This document shows positions 30,305 to 39,404 of a stretch of 64,000 nucleotides of DNA, piece after piece. How positions within the stretch are numbered: the first letter of the stretch is position 1; each line of letters starts with the position of its first letter. The stretch comes from a bacterium. GTDB lineage: Bacteria > JAJVIF01. Below the pieces are notes generated by a model. The model did no database searches, had not been told where the DNA came from, and saw only the letters and a program-made list of their open reading frames with translations. The stretch covers positions 1,489,353-1,553,352 of the forward strand of contig JAJVIF010000001.1 in NCBI GenBank assembly GCA_022072165.1, written 5' to 3'. A program made the translations under genes and the position numbers.

Positions 30305-30856
30305 TCAGCCCCTGGCATCGAGGAGCGCCGCCCCGGTGGAGGGAGTCGTGGGCTGCCCGAGATCGTCGTAGCCCCCCTCGCCAGGTTGCGTCCCCTGCAG
30401 GGCATGGGCAAAGAGGAGCCAGGTCTGCTGCAGCACCTCGGCGTGCTGGGTAATCAGCAACTGATTCAGTTCATGTTGACGTTCCAGGCTGCTCATCAGC
30501 TCGCGCAATGCGCCCGCAGTCTCCGACAAGCGCCACTCCCAGTCGGACCCCGGCAACAGCGCCTGGAGTCGCTGCAGCACGCCGGACACCGTGAGGGTGG
30601 CCTCGCCGGTGCCCTCCTGATACTCCGCTTCGAGCGCAGCGTATCTCTCCTGCTGGGGGCGATGCTCCTGTTCCCAAAGCAGAATCGCTTCCTGGGCAGT
30701 GGCGATCCCAGCAGGATTGCAGGCGATGAGCTGGGTTCCCATCTCCCGGGTCCAGCGCAGTGCGCTCTCCTGGGAGGCGACTTCAGTGAGGAGCCAGCGA
30801 TGCAGGGACTGGCAGAATGCGCTGAGGTCCAGGGTCGGGGGAGCCAGAGTCGCCAT
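30305..30856 (-). CDS. flgN: FlgN-like flagellar export chaperone (YvyG position)
   Basis: 183-aa helical acidic protein immediately upstream of flgK, in the yvyF–flgM–flgN–flgK order. Weak FlgN-like composition only. Confidence 0.5.
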   Translation of the reverse strand: MATLAPPTLDLSAFCQSLHRWLLTEVASQESALRWTREMGTQLIACNPAGIATAQEAILLWEQEHRPQQERYAALEAEYQEGTGEATLTVSGVLQRLQALLPGSDWEWRLSETAGALRELMSSLERQHELNQLLITQHAEVLQQTWLLFAHALQGTQPGEGGYDDLGQPTTPSTGAALLDARG

Positions 30857-30894
30857 CTCTCACCTGCCGGACTACAAGTCGGGTGCTCAGGGTG

Positions 30895-30922
30895 ATATCG
30901 GCTCCCGCCACCCGTTTCTTGA
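30895..30922 (-). promoter_or_regulatory. Sigma-28 (FliA)-like promoter upstream of flgN–flgK–flgL
   Basis: On the minus strand: TCAA-N16-GCCGATAT. Compare class III consensus TAAA-N15-GCCGATAA. Confidence 0.4.
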
Positions 30923-30954
30923 ATCAAACCAGCATCGAATCAGTGCGACGCGAT

Positions 30955-30986
30955 CAAAACAAAGCCCCTCCGCTTGGGGAGGGGCT
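30955..30986 (-). terminator. Rho-independent terminator after flgM
   Basis: Stem AGCCCCTCC/GGAGGGGCT with loop CCAAGC, followed on the minus strand by TTGTTTTG. Confidence 0.6.
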
Positions 30987-31014
30987 GGGCTGGCTTTCAT
31001 CGATCCAGGGAGGA

Positions 31015-31290
31015 CTAGTAGGCGGGTTCTAGACCGAAGAGAATCCGGGCGAGCTCCCCGGGGTCGGGCTCGTAGGTGCCGTTGGCGACCTGCTGCTGTA
31101 ACTCCGCCACCCGCGGATTGGGGACCGCTGGCTCCGTGAGCTTCGAGCGGAGACGGCTCACCAGGAGGGCGTCCGCCCCGACCTCGACGGTATCCCGTGG
31201 GGCAGCTGATGGCATCGCCTCTGCGGGCCGGGCCTTGGCCGGCTTCTTGAGCTGGGGAATCTCCCCGGGGCCGATTTCTGGGATCTTCAT
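31015..31290 (-). CDS. flgM: Anti-sigma-28 factor FlgM
   Basis: 91 aa. C-terminus 'RVAELQQQVANGTYEPDPGELARILFG' is a FlgM signature. Confidence 0.8.
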   Translation of the reverse strand: MKIPEIGPGEIPQLKKPAKARPAEAMPSAAPRDTVEVGADALLVSRLRSKLTEPAVPNPRVAELQQQVANGTYEPDPGELARILFGLEPAY

Positions 31291-31407
31291 CGCGTTGCTC
31301 CTGGCGTCCTACGGAGCGCCACCTGTTATGTCGGCAGGTTTGCCCCGGGCTTTAGCCGAAAATCGCGGCGATGGCACCAGTGTAACACGCAGAAACGCTA
31401 TGGCGTA

Positions 31408-31836
31408 CTAGCGATACCGCTGCCGAAACTGGGTTGCAAAGGCTCCGGAAGGCTTCGCCGGCTCGTTGCTGGGTCTCCCCGACGGGATTTCCCGCGACTT
31501 TTCAAGGCTGTCAGCCACCTGACGACCCAGCGAGGCGAGGCAGCTATTGCAGTATTCCCCTCGGGTGATCTGGGTCCCGCATTTGTGACAGGGATAGCCT
31601 GCCCCGGTCATTCCCTCTGGCTCCAGGAGCCCGGCGGTGATGAACTCCCGGATCCGCTGGGCCGGGACCTCTGTCGCTTCCACCACCCGGTCCATGTGGA
31701 TGCCGGGATTGCCCTTCACGAAGTCGCGGACCAGTTTCCAGTCCCGTTCCTGGGCATCCAGGCATCCCTGGCAGCGTCGCGCCCCCCCCCGGGAGTCAAA
31801 CATCCGGTTGCATTCGAAGCAGTTCGCCAAAACCAT
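31408..31836 (-). CDS. Flagellar operon zinc-ribbon protein (YvyF/TIGR03826-like)
   Basis: 'CFECNRMF…CQGCL' and 'CHKCGTQITRGEYCNSC' ribbons. GGAGG RBS before ATG 31836. Upstream of flgM as in B. subtilis yvyF. Confidence 0.65.
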   Translation of the reverse strand: MVLANCFECNRMFDSRGGARRCQGCLDAQERDWKLVRDFVKGNPGIHMDRVVEATEVPAQRIREFITAGLLEPEGMTGAGYPCHKCGTQITRGEYCNSCLASLGRQVADSLEKSREIPSGRPSNEPAKPSGAFATQFRQRYR

Positions 31837-31925
31837 GTTGAGGTTGCCTCCGGCACACGCAGTCCCCTGCTGCCGACAGGGCAACAGGATGCTGCATTAG
31901 AGTCGGCAGTTCGGGAGCGCGGGAC

Positions 31926-32351
31926 TTAAAGAAGCGTAATGGAAGCCGACGCCTTTGCGGCTTCATCCCGAATCAGGACTTCATAGATCATCCGTCCCAG
32001 CCCCAGGCCCTGGTCCTTACCGCCCGCCATCGCATTGCCGAGTTCATCGAAGGCAAAGCCCTTCAGAAACTGGCTCTGGGCCGACTCACCAAACGCCCCT
32101 TTGCCCAGGGAGCCCTGAATGCGACGCATGATCATCCTGAGAAAGACCCCTTCCAGCGCTTCCGCCTGGGTGTCGATGTGCCGACGCTCCTGCTCGGACA
32201 GCAACGCTTCCGCATCAGCCAGCGTCCGGGGGCGAGCACGCCGTTCCTCACCGGCGTCAGGCAGCCGAAAGGCTGAAGTGGCTGAAGGCTGCGTCGTCCT
32301 GTCTGCGGGATGCGGGGCCGGAAGTGCCGGGGTGAGCGCGCTGATCTGCAT
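31926..32351 (-). CDS. flgJ: Rod-binding protein (FlgJ N-terminal domain only; no glucosaminidase domain)
   Basis: 141 aa. 'FLRMIMRRIQGSLGKGAFGESAQSQFLKGFAFDELGNAMAGGKDQGLGLGRMIYEVL' matches the Rod_binding family. Located after flgI. Confidence 0.65.
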   Translation of the reverse strand: MQISALTPALPAPHPADRTTQPSATSAFRLPDAGEERRARPRTLADAEALLSEQERRHIDTQAEALEGVFLRMIMRRIQGSLGKGAFGESAQSQFLKGFAFDELGNAMAGGKDQGLGLGRMIYEVLIRDEAAKASASITLL

Positions 32352-32356
32352 GGCGA

Positions 32357-33631
32357 CTAGATCACCACCAGTTCGGCATCAATGGCACCAGCCGTTTTTA
32401 AGGACTGCAGAATTGCCACCGCATCCCGGATGCTGCCACCGACACTGGTGACTGCATCCAGCAAATCTTCAATGGTGCTGATGAGTTTGCGTGTCGCAGG
32501 GGACTCTGTCAGCTCCACCGAGGCTCCCGGCGTGACCGCAGTCGAGCCACCCCCCAGAGGAGTCGTTGGCTGACTGACCGCGAAGCCCTCGGTGACCGTG
32601 ATCGTGACATTTCCATGCGCGACATTCACCGGCTTGATCCGGACTTGGTGCCCCGCCACGATGGTGCCGTTGCGCTCATTGATCACGATCCGGGCAGGGA
32701 TATCAGTCGCGACCTGGACCTGCTCCACGGTCGCCAGGAAATCGACAAAGCTCCCCCGGAACGACGCCGGCATCTGCAGGGCGATCCGCTGGGCATCTTC
32801 GGCGACTGCCAGACTCCCCGGAACTGACAGATTCAACGCGGCGGCGGCCCGCTGGGCGGTGGTGAAGTCGGGCTCCTTGAGGGTCCAGTAAAGCCGTCCC
32901 CCACGCGGCAGGTCGCTGGCGACCGGGCGTTCGATGAGGGCACCGTTCATGACCCGTCCGACTGTCAGAAAGTTCTTCTGCGCTGAGGATTTCGCGCCGC
33001 CGCTCCCGCCGCTCGCCCCAACCGCACCCAGCGTAATGGGACCCTGGGCCAGCGCGATCAACTCGCCGTTCGGCGCCTTCAGCGGACTGAGCAACAGGAT
33101 GCCGCCCTCCAGCGACTTGGTGCTGCCCATCGCCGAGACCGTCAGGTCGAGGGTGTCGCCGACCTGCACGAAAGGGGGCACTTCTGCAGTCAGGGTCACG
33201 GCGGTGGCGTTTTTGCCTTTGAGCAGCGCGGTCTCCAGCGGGAGGTCCTGACGCTTCAGGAAGTTGCTGATGATTTGGGAAGTCATGCGGGAGTCATCGC
33301 CGGTCCCGGCGAGTCCGACCACCACACCGACCCCATAGAGCTGATTGGTCCGCAGTCCACCGACCTTTCCAATGTCCTTGAGGCGGGGTCCCATACGGGG
33401 GTCGGTGAGACCCGTGAGATCCAGCGTGGCTTCCCCAGTCCCGCTGCCGGATCCGACCGGGAGTCCGAGGAGTCCGCCGCCCGTGCTCTCACTTCCAGCG
33501 GAGGCGATGTCGGCGAAAACTTCCGGGTCGTCCCGAACGACGCCATCCGCGCCATCGGCCCAGACCGAACCGGCAGAGAGCATCAGCAGAGAGCCGGCGA
33601 TGAGGGCGATGAACCGTGTGCTGCGCTGCAT
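32357..33631 (-). CDS. flgI: Flagellar P-ring protein FlgI
   Basis: Signal peptide. 'GGLRTNQLYGVGVVVGLAGTGDD', '…GGILLLSPLKAPNGELIALAQGPITLG…' is canonical FlgI. Confidence 0.9.
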   Translation of the reverse strand: MQRSTRFIALIAGSLLMLSAGSVWADGADGVVRDDPEVFADIASAGSESTGGGLLGLPVGSGSGTGEATLDLTGLTDPRMGPRLKDIGKVGGLRTNQLYGVGVVVGLAGTGDDSRMTSQIISNFLKRQDLPLETALLKGKNATAVTLTAEVPPFVQVGDTLDLTVSAMGSTKSLEGGILLLSPLKAPNGELIALAQGPITLGAVGASGGSGGAKSSAQKNFLTVGRVMNGALIERPVASDLPRGGRLYWTLKEPDFTTAQRAAAALNLSVPGSLAVAEDAQRIALQMPASFRGSFVDFLATVEQVQVATDIPARIVINERNGTIVAGHQVRIKPVNVAHGNVTITVTEGFAVSQPTTPLGGGSTAVTPGASVELTESPATRKLISTIEDLLDAVTSVGGSIRDAVAILQSLKTAGAIDAELVVI

Positions 33632-33665
33632 GAGAAACGCTCCCTGGGGGACGCTTGGAAAGAGG

Positions 33666-34289
33666 CTAGAAGAGCAGGTTGTAGAGCTTGCCGAGGATGC
33701 CGACCTTTTGTGAGCGACTCACGACACCCTTACCGGTGTAGTGGATCTCGACATCTGCCAGCTGGGTCGACAGCACGGTGTTTTCCGGCGCGATATCGAG
33801 AGTCCGCACCACGCCAGAAAGGGTCAGCGTCTCGGTTTCCTTGTTGATCTGGATCGCGCGGACTCCCTCCACCTGGAGATGACCGTTGGGCAGGACTTCC
33901 CGCACGATGACAGTCAAGCGCCCGCTGAACTTCTGCCCGGCAGTGGTGGATGCTTTGGACTCGAACTCTTCCTTTGGCGAGATGTCCAGCGACTTCAACG
34001 GCTCGATCAGTCCATCCAGGCCTGTCAGGATGTCGAAGAACCCCTCGACCCTGGCTTTCCCCGAATACTTCGGAGCCTTTTCAATGTCCGTGCCGACATT
34101 GCGGGAGGCGGTGGTGTTCTCGGCAATCAGGACCGTGAGGATGTCGCCGACCTGTCGCGCTGTCGTGTGCGTGAAAAGGTCGCCACCGGCAGGCGCAAAG
34201 AGGCTTTCGCTCTGGGCAGGGATGCCGCCAGCACCAACCAACGCCAGCGTGAGTCCAACAGTCAGCATGTGGGCATGCCAGGATCGCAT
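33666..34289 (-). CDS. flgH: Flagellar L-ring protein FlgH
   Basis: 'SLFAPAGGDLFTHTTARQVGDILTVLIAENTTAS' and 'LSGVVRTLDIAPENTVLSTQLADVEIHYTGKG' are FlgH signatures. Confidence 0.85.
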   Translation of the reverse strand: MRSWHAHMLTVGLTLALVGAGGIPAQSESLFAPAGGDLFTHTTARQVGDILTVLIAENTTASRNVGTDIEKAPKYSGKARVEGFFDILTGLDGLIEPLKSLDISPKEEFESKASTTAGQKFSGRLTVIVREVLPNGHLQVEGVRAIQINKETETLTLSGVVRTLDIAPENTVLSTQLADVEIHYTGKGVVSRSQKVGILGKLYNLLF

Positions 34290-34291
34290 GG

Positions 34292-35122
34292 TCAGTCCAC
34301 CTCGGCCTGATTGAGTCCGGTCACCCGCGCGATCAGGCTCGCGCCGGTGTCGGGATTCTTGAACTTGATAAACGCTCCCCGGGATCCCGACTGGAGCGCA
34401 ATGGCCTGGGTCTCAAGCGTCAGTCCACCCCGTAGCACCAGGACCCGGACAGTCGCGCCCCGGCTGATGAGAATCGGCTCTTCGAGTTGCCGGGGTTCCA
34501 GCACCTGTCCGACCGCGCAGGCCCGGACCGGGATGCGTCCGAGGAGGGCATCCGGCGCTGTCACCGCCGCCTGCCCGGCACGTCCGCGCAGCGACACCCA
34601 TGCCAGTGCCAGGTCGTCAGCGGTGAGCGGACGCCCCTTGGGGACTTCCCGGCTCGTCACGACCCGCAGCCCCTCAAGCTCGAACGCGAGACTGGCCGGC
34701 ACGGTTGCCACCAGTCCCTGGCTGTCCCACGCCTGCACGCGAAGCCCCGTGAAGTCCGTGAGCGGAGTCGCGGGTGTCGCCTCGAAAGTCAGCAAGAGGG
34801 AGTCGCCATCGCGACTCACGACCGCCGGGAGTGCACGTCCCGTGGAGGCCAGCCGCACGCTCGGTGCGAAGTGATCGGGAAACTCGGTGAGGAGAGCTTC
34901 GAGGGCGAGCTGCAGGTCGCCTGCCTGCAACGGGCTGGGGAGGGTCACCCGGGCGCGCAGGACTTCGGCGGGACGGCCGGCAGCGAAAGCCTGCTCCAGG
35001 CAGAGGCTGAAGACGATGAGGACTATGCCCATCACCGCCACCAGCAGTGTGAGTGTTTGTCGAATCATCAGGGCAGGGCTCCTCCCTTGGCAGATGCGCT
35101 CCGGCTCCTCCCTTATCGGCAC
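34292..35122 (-). CDS. flgA: Flagellar P-ring assembly chaperone FlgA
   Basis: C-terminal SAF-like 'GQVLEPRQLEEPILISRGATVRVLVLRGGLTLETQAIALQSGSRGAFIKFKNPDTGASLIARV'. Confidence 0.8.
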   Translation of the reverse strand: MPIREEPERICQGRSPALMIRQTLTLLVAVMGIVLIVFSLCLEQAFAAGRPAEVLRARVTLPSPLQAGDLQLALEALLTEFPDHFAPSVRLASTGRALPAVVSRDGDSLLLTFEATPATPLTDFTGLRVQAWDSQGLVATVPASLAFELEGLRVVTSREVPKGRPLTADDLALAWVSLRGRAGQAAVTAPDALLGRIPVRACAVGQVLEPRQLEEPILISRGATVRVLVLRGGLTLETQAIALQSGSRGAFIKFKNPDTGASLIARVTGLNQAEVD

Positions 35123-35223
35123 CTAGCAGAGGTTCTGCAACGGACGCAAACGACCGGCCGTAGGGGCCGGTCGTAAGCACAGTCATCGCGTCGGTGGAGT
35201 GGTCCGGACCTGGTCCGTCGGGG

Positions 35224-36012
35224 TTAACGTCGCAGGTTGTTGGTGATGCTGAGGAGCTCGTCAGCGACCTGCACCGCTTTTGAGTTCGTCTCGAATGCCC
35301 GCTGGGCGATGATCAGATTCACGAGCTCATCGACAATGCTCACGTTGCTCTGCTCAATGAATCCCTGACGGAGCTGCCCGAAACCCTGATCAGCAGGGGT
35401 CCCCTCCTGCGGGGCACCGGAGGCATCGGTGACACCAAAGAGATTCCCGCCGAGACTCCGGAGCCCCGCCGGATTCTGGAAACGTGTCAAAGTGATCTGT
35501 CCCACGTTCACCAGCGACGCATCGCCGGGCTGAATCACGCTCACCTGACCATCGACACTGATGTCAATCGCCAGGGCATCGGGGGGAATGACAATCGGTG
35601 GGTCGAGCAGGAGTCCATCGCTGGTGACCACCTGTCCGGCGGCATCGAGCTGGAAGCTGCCATCCCGGGAATAGGCTTCGGTGCCATCGGGCTGCAGCAC
35701 CCGGAAGAATCCATCGCCGGCGATGGCGATGTCCAGCGGGTTTTCGGTCTGTTGTAACGAGCCGGGGGAGAAGAGTTTCTGGGAGGCGGCGGTCTGGACC
35801 CCGAGGCCCACCCGCAGTCCGCTCGCGACCTGGCCGCCGGTGAGGGTCGTGGCGCCCGCTTCCCGCATCGTCTGATAGAAGAGGTCGTGGAATTCCGCGC
35901 GATCCTTCTTGAACCCGGCGGTGTTGGCATTCGCGACGTTATGCGCGATGGTGTCCGTCAGGAACTGGTTGGCTTCCATGCCACTGGCGGCGGTGTAGAG
36001 AGCGCGGATCAC
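35224..36012 (-). CDS. flgG: Flagellar distal rod protein FlgG
   Basis: 'MIRALYTAASGMEANQFLTDTIAHNVANANTAGFKK'. C-terminus 'VSIVDELVNLIIAQRAFETNSKAVQVADELL'. Confidence 0.9.
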   Translation of the reverse strand: MIRALYTAASGMEANQFLTDTIAHNVANANTAGFKKDRAEFHDLFYQTMREAGATTLTGGQVASGLRVGLGVQTAASQKLFSPGSLQQTENPLDIAIAGDGFFRVLQPDGTEAYSRDGSFQLDAAGQVVTSDGLLLDPPIVIPPDALAIDISVDGQVSVIQPGDASLVNVGQITLTRFQNPAGLRSLGGNLFGVTDASGAPQEGTPADQGFGQLRQGFIEQSNVSIVDELVNLIIAQRAFETNSKAVQVADELLSITNNLRR

Positions 36013-36129
36013 TTCGGAGCCTCCTGCTGCATTCGCGACAGAACCTGCTATCGGCGGACTGCATCAGAACTAAAGGGACTTTATCCACGACCACGACGAG
36101 CACGATCAGGCCGACTCATCGTGGCCCGA

Positions 36130-36894
36130 CTACCCGCCGACCCGTCCGAGATCAGCCGCCGCCTGGCGCAGGGTCTCATCGAGCATCGTCACGACTTTCT
36201 GACTCGCCTCGAAGCTGCGCAGAATCGTGGTGAGCTCGGCAATGGCACCGAGGGCGGAAACGTTACTCCGCTCGAGGAATCCCTGCTCCACAGAGGTATT
36301 ACCGGCGGTCGGGACCGGACCAGCGGTGCCGGTGTCGCGAAAGAGGCTCTGTCCCAGCTTTTCCAGCTCCTGGAGGTCGGTGAAATTGACCCGCTGGAGA
36401 GTCGCCACTGGCAGGTTATCGACCGTCAGTTGCCCGGCGGAATCAATCCCGATCGCACTGCCCTGCGGCACCACAATGGGCTGGTTATTCGTATCCAGCA
36501 CCCGACGTCCCTCAGCGGTCACCAGTTCCCGACTGGCATTGACCGTGAAGGATCCATCCCGGGTATAGGCCACCGCGTCTTCTGTGTGCTCCACGACGAA
36601 GAACCCTGGCCCCCGCAGGGCGAGGTCCAGCGGATTGCCGGTGGCTTCCAGGGTTCCCTGCTGCCAGTTGATGTATTCGGTGTCGGTGATGGCGCTGGTC
36701 CGGTGGTACCGCCCGATGATCCCCTCCCGGGATTCATTGACCCGTCCCAGCAGCACATCGCTAAAAGGGGCCGAACGTGCACGGTCTGCTTTGAAACCGT
36801 TGGTGTTGAGATTCGCGAGATTCGCGCTCACGACATCCAGCGCTTGCGACTGCTGCGCCAGCGCTCCTCCACTCAGATAGAGCCCCCGAAGCAT
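36130..36894 (-). CDS. flgF: Flagellar proximal rod protein FlgF
   Basis: 'MLRGLYLSGGALAQQSQALDVVSANLANLNTNGFKADR'. C-terminus 'NVSALGAIAELTTILRSFEASQKVV'. Confidence 0.85.
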   Translation of the reverse strand: MLRGLYLSGGALAQQSQALDVVSANLANLNTNGFKADRARSAPFSDVLLGRVNESREGIIGRYHRTSAITDTEYINWQQGTLEATGNPLDLALRGPGFFVVEHTEDAVAYTRDGSFTVNASRELVTAEGRRVLDTNNQPIVVPQGSAIGIDSAGQLTVDNLPVATLQRVNFTDLQELEKLGQSLFRDTGTAGPVPTAGNTSVEQGFLERSNVSALGAIAELTTILRSFEASQKVVTMLDETLRQAAADLGRVGG

Positions 36895-37026
36895 GGCGGC
36901 CTCCTGCCAGACTCACGCTGTCGGTCGCACCAGCAGGTGGCCGACAGGCAGTACTGCCGCCATCTATCGGCAACTGTTAGCGCGACTACAGGAAACGTGG
37001 CGGGAGGCGATTGCTGAGGAGTGGGG

Positions 37027-37377
37027 CTATGGCCGGGGGAACGAGGCGACCCCTTCGGCCGCGTTGGGGTACATCTCGAAAAGACCAGTCAGGTGGGTGA
37101 CGCCGAGGAGCTTGGCAACCTTTTCATTGACGCCGGCGATTTTCATCGCGCCGCCCCGTTCCTGCACCGACTTAAACGTCTTGACCAGGACCCCGAGTCC
37201 GGCGGAGTCGATCATGGGGCTGGCGGTGAGGTCGATGACCAGATTGGGGGGCTGATACGCGGTCAGGACCTGCGACACTGACTCTTCCATCCGGGCGACC
37301 GATGCAAAATCCAGCATCCCATGGACCCGGATCACGGGGATCCCCGCATCCACTGTCGTCTCGAGCCTGAAGTTCAC
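37027..37377 (-). CDS. STAS-domain anti-sigma-factor antagonist
   Basis: 'VIRVHGMLDFASVARMEESVSQVLTAYQPPNLVIDLTASPMIDSAGLGVLVKTFKSVQERGGAMKIAGVNEKVAKLL' is SpoIIAA-like. Start uncertain; GTG at 37377 is proposed. Confidence 0.6.
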   Translation of the reverse strand: MNFRLETTVDAGIPVIRVHGMLDFASVARMEESVSQVLTAYQPPNLVIDLTASPMIDSAGLGVLVKTFKSVQERGGAMKIAGVNEKVAKLLGVTHLTGLFEMYPNAAEGVASFPRP

Positions 37378-37515
37378 GTCCCGATGCCGTCCGTCCCCGT
37401 AAAGTCTGCCCGCTGCACTCAACCTGCCGCGAGCCTGGCACTCTCCGGCCCGCACCCCTGCGGTCGATTGTAGCGACTGCGTGGCAGTTTTCCTGCCGAA
37501 AATCAGACAGTCCGG

Positions 37516-39300
37516 CTAGTTCAGGACCGTCTCTTCCAGCTGACGGGCGATGGCGGCGAATTCGCCGCCCTTGAGGGCATCGTAGGCCCGCTGCTGTGCA
37601 CTGGCGACCGAATCCCGGGTCCGGCGCTCCGTGACCCCTTCCGCCAGCTGCGCCAGCGCATTGTCGATGTCCACCATCAGTCGGACGACGGTCTCGTCTC
37701 CTTCATCTTTCCGCAAGTTGTAATCAGCGTGTAACGCTTCCAGGAGGCTGGCATCCAGGGCCCCTTCGGTCATCCCCAGCCGGGCATGGACACCGTAAAT
37801 GTCGAGGAGATAGAGCGATGCCAGGAGGCGGTCCTTCTCCGCGACAAACTGGGCGGTGAGTCGTTCGTTCTGCTTCTTGCCTTCCGCCGATTCGAAGTCG
37901 GGACTCTTCCAGAGAAGGACCAGTTCCATGGCATAGCCCCCGACGGTCTGGGCATGTCGCAGCGCCTTTTCGCGCATCACCATGCCAGCTTCCCGATTGG
38001 CTGCCAGGAGCGCGGGATCTGGACCATCAGCCACCGTCACCGCTTCCTCAACTGGCGCATCACTGAAGACTTCAGGATCGCCTCCGGGGAGCGCGAAGAG
38101 ATCAATCTCACCGTCGGCAGACTCACTCTCTGATGGCTCAGCCGGCAGTTCATCAATGATCACAAATGCGCTGTCAGCCTCGGGAGTCTCCATCGCAGCG
38201 GTTTCACCGCCACCGGGGGTCTCGAATGTGATCTCCGGATCCGTGGAAGTATCGACTGGTGAGGTCGGCGTTCCGCTGACCGGCGATGCCGCCGGTCGGG
38301 GCTGCTGATCCGAGGGCAACCGAAAGATGTCGACCCCTGCCAGCGGATCGGGCTTCGGGGCCGGTGCAATCTCCGTGACACGATCGGCCGGCTGGGACTC
38401 GGTCGGATTCCCGGGTGTAAAGAACGGCGGCGGTGTGGTGGCATCCGAGGGGACCTGCAGAATCGCTTCCGTGCCCGCCGGGGGTTCCCACAGATCCGTC
38501 TCCAGGTCCGGGGGCGGGTCCAGCGGAGTCACATCGATGGGCTTGATGGCTTCGCTGAAAACATCGCTCCAGGACTCGATGGGGGCCAGGCGGTTATCAG
38601 CGAAGCGTCGCGCCTGCTCGATCTGCGTCACGAGGCGTCCGATGACCGCGTTGCGATACAGGGAGAGGTCGAGGGCGAACTGGTCCTGGGGGAGCCCCAG
38701 ACGTGCGGCATCGGCCATCGCCCGGTCATAGCGATCGAAGAGATCGAAGAAGTAATTCGCTGGGGTCAGCCCGTTACTGGCGGAGTAGCCGTAGTGCGCC
38801 AGATGCGTATAGAGATAGCGACCGGGGTCCTTGGGATCGGTGATCGAAGCCCCCTGGAGGAAGCGTGTCGCGAAGGCTTCCTGCGACTCCGCCTGCTTCG
38901 GGTCCGGCAGGTAGACCTCGTTGTAGTACCGGCCGAACATGACCCGGGCTTCCTGGTTATCCCACCAGAGGGCCATGGTCCGGGCGGCCTGGAGCGCCTG
39001 CCGCGCTTCAGCGAGGGGGGCGAGGTCGACCGGCGAGGTGGGAGCGAGAATCAGATCGGCGGCCCCGAGGCGGTCGCCCCGCTCCCAGGCTCGCTGAATT
39101 GTCACCAGGCGCTGGACCGCGAGGGCGTAATCCCCAAGTTCAGCATCCGGGGTGAGGTCCGGGACAAAGACTTCGAGAAAGCGCTCGACCCGTTGTGGCG
39201 TGGGCGACTGCCAGGCATCGCCCTCCTGTGCCCGGACACCTGGACTGAGCACCAGCCAGGCGGCCAGCGCTCCCATCACGATCGCCGATGTCCGTTGCAT
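37516..39300 (-). CDS. Secreted hypothetical protein with Pro/Asp/Glu-rich central linker
   Basis: Signal peptide 'MQRTSAIVMGALAAWLVLSPGVRAQ'. ~280-aa N-domain, low-complexity P/E/D/T-rich middle, ~150-aa C-domain. Lies inside the flagellar locus. Confidence 0.6.
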   Translation of the reverse strand: MQRTSAIVMGALAAWLVLSPGVRAQEGDAWQSPTPQRVERFLEVFVPDLTPDAELGDYALAVQRLVTIQRAWERGDRLGAADLILAPTSPVDLAPLAEARQALQAARTMALWWDNQEARVMFGRYYNEVYLPDPKQAESQEAFATRFLQGASITDPKDPGRYLYTHLAHYGYSASNGLTPANYFFDLFDRYDRAMADAARLGLPQDQFALDLSLYRNAVIGRLVTQIEQARRFADNRLAPIESWSDVFSEAIKPIDVTPLDPPPDLETDLWEPPAGTEAILQVPSDATTPPPFFTPGNPTESQPADRVTEIAPAPKPDPLAGVDIFRLPSDQQPRPAASPVSGTPTSPVDTSTDPEITFETPGGGETAAMETPEADSAFVIIDELPAEPSESESADGEIDLFALPGGDPEVFSDAPVEEAVTVADGPDPALLAANREAGMVMREKALRHAQTVGGYAMELVLLWKSPDFESAEGKKQNERLTAQFVAEKDRLLASLYLLDIYGVHARLGMTEGALDASLLEALHADYNLRKDEGDETVVRLMVDIDNALAQLAEGVTERRTRDSVASAQQRAYDALKGGEFAAIARQLEETVLN

Positions 39301-39404
39301 GTCGCGCCTCCCCTGGTATACCCATCGCGGCCCGGGTCATCCAGGCGCGGTCTTTCTGGTCCAACCTGAGATTGTAACGGGGTGCAGCAGGTTCGACAGT
39401 GCCC

